Source: an uncultured Planctomycetia bacterium
GTDB taxonomy: Bacteria; Omnitrophota; Gorgyraeia; 1-14-0-20-64-10
DNA length: 59,509 nt
NCBI GenBank assembly: GCA_964603095.1
Contig: CAZRTR010000003.1
Location: 1 to 59,509 of the forward strand
Direction of reading: 5' to 3'
The position numbers and the translations under genes are program-made. The notes under the pieces are model-generated. The model saw only the letters and a program-made list of their open reading frames with translations. It searched no databases and was not told the origin of the DNA. Below are positions 56,179 through 59,509 of this stretch, piece after piece (within the stretch, counting starts at the first letter, position 1; the number at the start of each line of letters is the position of its first letter).

Positions 56179-56703
56179 ATGGGATTCCCTGAAGAGGCCA
56201 TGCTGGCGGCGTGCGCCGCCATGGAACAGGCGGCGGAGCGGGTTGTCATCACCGATCGGAAAGGGACCATTCTCTACGTCAACCCGGCTTTTGAAAGAAC
56301 GACCGGCTACAGCAAGACCGAGGCGATCGGGAAGAACCCGCGCATCGTGAAATCGGGCCAGCACGACCAGCGGTTCTATCAGGGGTTATGGAAGGCCTTG
56401 CTCAGCGGGCGGTCGTTCCATGCGCGCTTCTTGAACCGGAGGAAGAACGGCGAGCTGTACTACGAGGAGCAGACCATCTCTCCCCTCCGGGACGGGCGGG
56501 GGGAGGTGGCCTATTTTATCTCCACCGCGATCGATCTGACGCCTCGGGTCGAGCGGGAGCAGGGGCGCAAGCTCGCGGAGGAGAGCCTGCGGCGTCTCGA
56601 AGAAATCAGTGTGAGCCGGGAGGGCCGCGTCGTGGAGTTGAAGCTGGAGGTCAACGCCCTGTTGAAGGAGCTGGGAAGGGCGCCCAAATACCATCTGGGG
56701 TAG
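56179..56703 (+). CDS. single PAS-domain protein with conserved C-terminal helix motif
   Basis: PAS core (ITDRKGTILYVNPAFERTTGYSKTEAIGKNPR) and the tail REGRVVELKLEVNALLKELGRAPKY. Confidence 0.8.
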   Translation: MGFPEEAMLAACAAMEQAAERVVITDRKGTILYVNPAFERTTGYSKTEAIGKNPRIVKSGQHDQRFYQGLWKALLSGRSFHARFLNRRKNGELYYEEQTISPLRDGRGEVAYFISTAIDLTPRVEREQGRKLAEESLRRLEEISVSREGRVVELKLEVNALLKELGRAPKYHLG

Positions 56704-56793
56704 CGGAGTCACCTGTGGTCAGCGACCATACCGGGAGCTAGCATAGTGGTACCCGGTACCGAGGAGACAGGTTGAAAAGATTATTTCTCCAAA

Positions 56794-56928
56794 CCTACGG
56801 CTGACCATAGTGGTGGAATACCTGGACTTTCTGAACCACCCCGACAAGCGCCAGGGGAGGACGCCAGTCAGGTGCTCCAGGCGCTGGCGGAGGGGTTGCA
56901 GGTGGCGCTGGCTACCCTAGACTCATGA
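56794..56928 (+). repeat. cassette-boundary module copy R1 (codon-periodic, in frame with upstream gene)
   Basis: Encodes ..HSGGIPGLSEPP..QVLQALAEGLQVALATLDS-stop. Contains the 35-bp core at 56878..56912. Confidence 0.8.
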
Positions 56929-57029
56929 GGGGTATGATTGTTCGGATTGGAGCGAGATCGAGTCATCGGGTGATGGCCGCGTGCCGTTGGTAGACATGCT
57001 GGAGGTGGATGATGTCGGTTGAGCGCATT

Positions 57030-57041
57030 GGGGGGGGGGGG
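57030..57041. repeat. homopolymeric G12 tract
   Basis: Twelve consecutive G ending 1 nt before ATG 57043. Confidence 0.95.
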
Positions 57042-57042
57042 C

Positions 57043-57930
57043 ATGCAAGCACTTCTTGAACTGTTGCCGGATGCGGCCATTCTTACCGATCACGAAGGTC
57101 GGATCGTGCAGGCCAGCCGGCAAGCCGAGGTCATGTTCGGTTACGGCTCTGGCGAACTGCTGAACCAGCCCGTTGAGATGTTGATGCCGGAGCGCCTGCG
57201 TCGGCACCACGTCAAGCAGCGCCAGGGGTACGTCCGGCAGCCGACCAAGCGCCTCATGGGCCAGCGGGGGGTGGAGTTGTGGGGTCGGCGCAAGGACGGC
57301 AGCGAGTTCCCGGTGGACATCGCCATCGGCCCGTTCGAGGCAGCGGGCAACGGCCCGTTGGTGCTGGCGCTTGTCCGTGATATGACACTCCGAAGGAAGA
57401 TGGAATCACAGTTAAGCGAGCACCGGGAGCGCCTGCGCGCCATCGTGGAGACCTCCCGCGATGCCATCGTGGCCGCTGACCAGCAGGGGCGCGTGACCTA
57501 CTGGAATCCGACAGCCGAGTCCATGTTCGGGTACAGCGCAGAGGAGATGCACGGCCAGCCCCTCACACGGATTATGCCGGAGCGGTTCAAAGAGGCCCAT
57601 ACCGCAGGCATGAGCCGCTTCCTGACGACCGGAAAGTCGCGGGTCATCGGCCAGACGGTCGAGTTGGCAGGTCTGCGGAAAGACGGCACGGAGTTTCCGC
57701 TAGAGCTGTCGTTGGCAAGCTGGAAGCGAGACAGCGAGGCGATGTTCGCCGCCATCATCCGGGACATCACCGAGCGCAAACGAATCGAAGAGACGCTCAG
57801 GAAAGACAAAGACGCCCTGGAACGGGACATGAAGATCATGATGGATCGAGAGGGGCGCGTCGTGGAACTCAAACAAGAAATCAACGCCCTACTCAAAGAA
57901 CTGGGCCGCCCGCCGCAGTACGGGGCGTAA
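57043..57930 (+). CDS. tandem PAS-domain protein with the same C-terminal helix motif
   Basis: Two PAS cores and the tail REGRVVELKQEINALLKELGRPPQY. ATG 57043 is preferred. Track start TTG 57019 would translate the G tract. Confidence 0.8.
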   Translation: MQALLELLPDAAILTDHEGRIVQASRQAEVMFGYGSGELLNQPVEMLMPERLRRHHVKQRQGYVRQPTKRLMGQRGVELWGRRKDGSEFPVDIAIGPFEAAGNGPLVLALVRDMTLRRKMESQLSEHRERLRAIVETSRDAIVAADQQGRVTYWNPTAESMFGYSAEEMHGQPLTRIMPERFKEAHTAGMSRFLTTGKSRVIGQTVELAGLRKDGTEFPLELSLASWKRDSEAMFAAIIRDITERKRIEETLRKDKDALERDMKIMMDREGRVVELKQEINALLKELGRPPQYGA

Positions 57931-57951
57931 ACCGCATGGCACAACATATCT

Positions 57952-58119
57952 ACCTACGGTCATTCGGGTGACCGTTGTTCCGAGAACATAGAACTTTCTG
58001 AGCCAGGTGGGGACGTGGTATCGGCGGACACACTGCTGGTCTTTCAGGCGCTGGCGGAGGGGTTGCAGGTGGCGCTGGCGAACACAACAGAGGGCCGTCT
58101 CAACAATGACAACGCGTAG
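57952..58119 (+). repeat. cassette-boundary module copy R2
   Basis: Encodes TYGHSGDRCSENIELSEPGGD..LLVFQALAEGLQVALAN.. with no stop between the PAS gene's TAA and the module. The 35-bp core lies at 58045..58079. Confidence 0.8.
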
Positions 58120-58627
58120 CAGGAGGGTGTGGTGGCTGTTGTGGGCAGCCGTAGGGGGGGCAGTGGCTGGTGCATGGCTTCTGCTCCAACCTGGATATGC
58201 GGGGGAACCCGTGACCGATGAGGAAATCACGGAAATGTTCAAGCGGTCGCATAATGTCATGAAAGGGCAGAGCCAGCGCATCCATGCGATACTGGATGGT
58301 TTCTTCGCAGGCGATCTTGGGGCTGTCCAACGCCACGCTGAGGAACTTGCGCAAAGCGTAGATGCGGCGTCTCGCTTGTTTCCTCCCCAGGTGGGGAAGG
58401 AGGCTGATCAATGGGAGGCGATGGCGGAACTTGTTCGTCATGCAGCTCAGATGAAACAGGAAGCTGGGCGCGGGAACTACGGAGCAGCCTATCAGCACTT
58501 TTCGGCCATGACCTATCAGTGTCTCAAATGTCATCAGGTACGGAGAGACTGGGGCACTTTCCCTGAACCGAAGCTGCCTGACGAGAAGGAAGCCGACGCC
58601 AAGCAACAGGATCGACAGACCAATTGA
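58106..58627 (+). CDS. secreted class II (cytochrome c'-like) c-type cytochrome
   Basis: Internal ATG of track ORF 58007. Signal peptide, helical body, and a C-terminal CLKCH haem motif. Confidence 0.7.
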   Translation: MTTRSRRVWWLLWAAVGGAVAGAWLLLQPGYAGEPVTDEEITEMFKRSHNVMKGQSQRIHAILDGFFAGDLGAVQRHAEELAQSVDAASRLFPPQVGKEADQWEAMAELVRHAAQMKQEAGRGNYGAAYQHFSAMTYQCLKCHQVRRDWGTFPEPKLPDEKEADAKQQDRQTN

Positions 58628-58660
58628 TCTGTGAGATGAAACGTATCTGGTTGCAGACTT

Positions 58661-58795
58661 TTGGCTGGCCGTTGTTCCGGAATACCAGGATTATCCCAGT
58701 CCCCTCAGCCGGCTATGGCGGATCTAAACAGGGTCCTTCAAGTGGTTGCTGAGGGTTTACAGGTCGCCTTTGGCCGTGAATTAGAAATGGTATAA
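58661..58795 (+). repeat. cassette-boundary module copy R3 (diverged)
   Basis: Encodes ..GRCSGIPGLSQSPQPAMADLNRVLQVVAEGLQVAFGRELEMV-stop. It differs from the R1/R2 core mainly at third codon positions. Confidence 0.75.
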
Positions 58796-58796
58796 T
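58788..58796 (+). promoter_or_regulatory. extended -10 element TGGTATAAT
   Basis: Lies 17 nt upstream of ATG 58814. An RBS, ggag, lies between them. Confidence 0.45.
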
Positions 58797-58813
58797 CTCA
58801 GACGGAGTTCGTC

Positions 58814-59152
58814 ATGACGCCACTGTGGGCTATAACGCCGGAGAAGATCGAGGAAGCTGTTCAGAAGATCATCGCTTTCGAACAGCCGAAGAGGATCATT
58901 CTGTTCGGTTCCGTTGCTCGGGGAGATACGAACATTCACAGCGATGTGGATTTCCTTGTTGTGACAAAGGATGAGGTCGAAAGTCCGCGCAAAGAAAGTG
59001 TTCGGATCCGCCAAGCGCTGGACAGCGTTTCGATGCCAATGGATATCCTGGTGATCTCGGAAAAGCGGCTGAAAGAGTTGGGAGAGCAGCCGGGTTTGGT
59101 CTATCGAGAGGCATTACGTGCCGGAAAAGTAGTTTATGAATCCGCCGCTTAG
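58814..59152 (+). CDS. MNT-type nucleotidyltransferase (type VII antitoxin-like)
   Basis: ILFGSVARGDTNIHSDVDFLV. Confidence 0.85.
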   Translation: MTPLWAITPEKIEEAVQKIIAFEQPKRIILFGSVARGDTNIHSDVDFLVVTKDEVESPRKESVRIRQALDSVSMPMDILVISEKRLKELGEQPGLVYREALRAGKVVYESAA

Positions 59153-59492
59153 ACGCGACCCTCCCGGTTCTCCCAAGGATTGGCTGGTTCACGCCGAGAG
59201 CGATCTTAAATTGGCACGTGTCGCCGGAGAGCGGAACGATATTCTTCCTGAGCAAGCGTGCTTCCATGCTCAACAATCAGCTGAGAAAGCTCTCAAGGCC
59301 GTCCTTCTCTTTAAGCGCATAGAGTTCCCTCTCGTTCACGACATTAAAACGCTTGTTGGCCTCCTGCAAGGGAATGCCATCCCTTTCCCTCCGGAGATCC
59401 GCGAGGCCGGCTCGCTTACTCCTTACGCCGTGGAAGCCCGTTATCCGGGGCATCTTGAACCTGAAAACGCCGCGAAGCGGCCCATTTTTTGA
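59136..59492 (+). CDS. HEPN-domain protein (toxin-like partner of MNT)
   Basis: Overlaps the MNT gene by 17 nt. Contains the HEPN-like helices AEKALKAVLL...HDIKTL. Confidence 0.8.
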   Translation: MNPPLRRDPPGSPKDWLVHAESDLKLARVAGERNDILPEQACFHAQQSAEKALKAVLLFKRIEFPLVHDIKTLVGLLQGNAIPFPPEIREAGSLTPYAVEARYPGHLEPENAAKRPIF

Positions 59493-59509
59493 GCCCGCCC
59501 GTCGGAAGG

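Noticed and set aside
56701-58639. Programmed stop-codon readthrough appending the conserved module to the upstream proteins
   Set aside because: R1 and R3 each have a second in-frame stop (TGA 56773, TGA 58637) before the module. Only R2 follows a single stop. The in-frame relationship is recorded, but simple readthrough cannot explain all three.
56794-58795. Classical integron cassette array with attC sites
   Set aside because: No intI gene or attI lies upstream (pirin/DoxX/DsbA instead). The modules lack the inverted R''/L''-L'/R' core-site symmetry of attC, and they show codon periodicity instead of hairpin conservation. Retained as an unexplained cassette array, not an integron.

Overview
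GC-rich bacterial chromosomal window with about 65 credible protein genes. I found no rRNA, tRNA or CRISPR array. Many long antisense ORFs in the track look like GC artefacts.

Core genes: SdhB/FrdB tail, MqnD-type menaquinone gene, two tandem TrxR-like genes, glpK-glpD, lipoate ligase plus a PDH complex (aceE-E2-lpd). A tightly overlapping operon carries MFS, ADH, Mrp, TusA and ABC-2 genes. A partial complex I cluster follows (fused nuoBCD, nuoI, nuoA, nuoH), then a Rieske ferredoxin, a 7Fe-type ferredoxin, a NirA/Sir-type reductase, a ThiO-like oxidase and KorAB 2-oxoacid:ferredoxin oxidoreductase. Next come an RR-GGDEF protein, DsbA, DoxX and a frameshifted pirin. The ferredoxin-centred gene set suggests an autotroph of Nitrospirota-like lifestyle; this is inference only.

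Accessory content is dense: a Fic gene, a Cas4-like PD-(D/E)XK nuclease, a secreted PLD/Nuc-like protein, VapBC, an AbiEi/AbiEii-like pair, MNT/HEPN, and three paralogous small-ORF plus minimal-nucleotidyltransferase cassettes.

Most unusual observations:
1. A four-gene neighbourhood occurs twice: a protein carrying 'AGLEE' pentapeptides, a small ORF, a nucleotidyltransferase, and a thioredoxin-like [2Fe-2S] ferredoxin fusion. One AGLEE protein is a 1,994-aa ORF embedding a DUF1537 kinase and a PdxA-like dehydrogenase, with AGLEE motifs at the domain borders.
2. Three gene cassettes are bounded by perfect 23-54 bp direct repeats that duplicate the 3' ends of coding sequence. One of these belongs to a 3-copy, codon-periodic module at 56.7-58.8 kb that is always in frame with the upstream gene.
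3. Four families of palindromic repeats occur, several of them translated in frame inside protein linkers.
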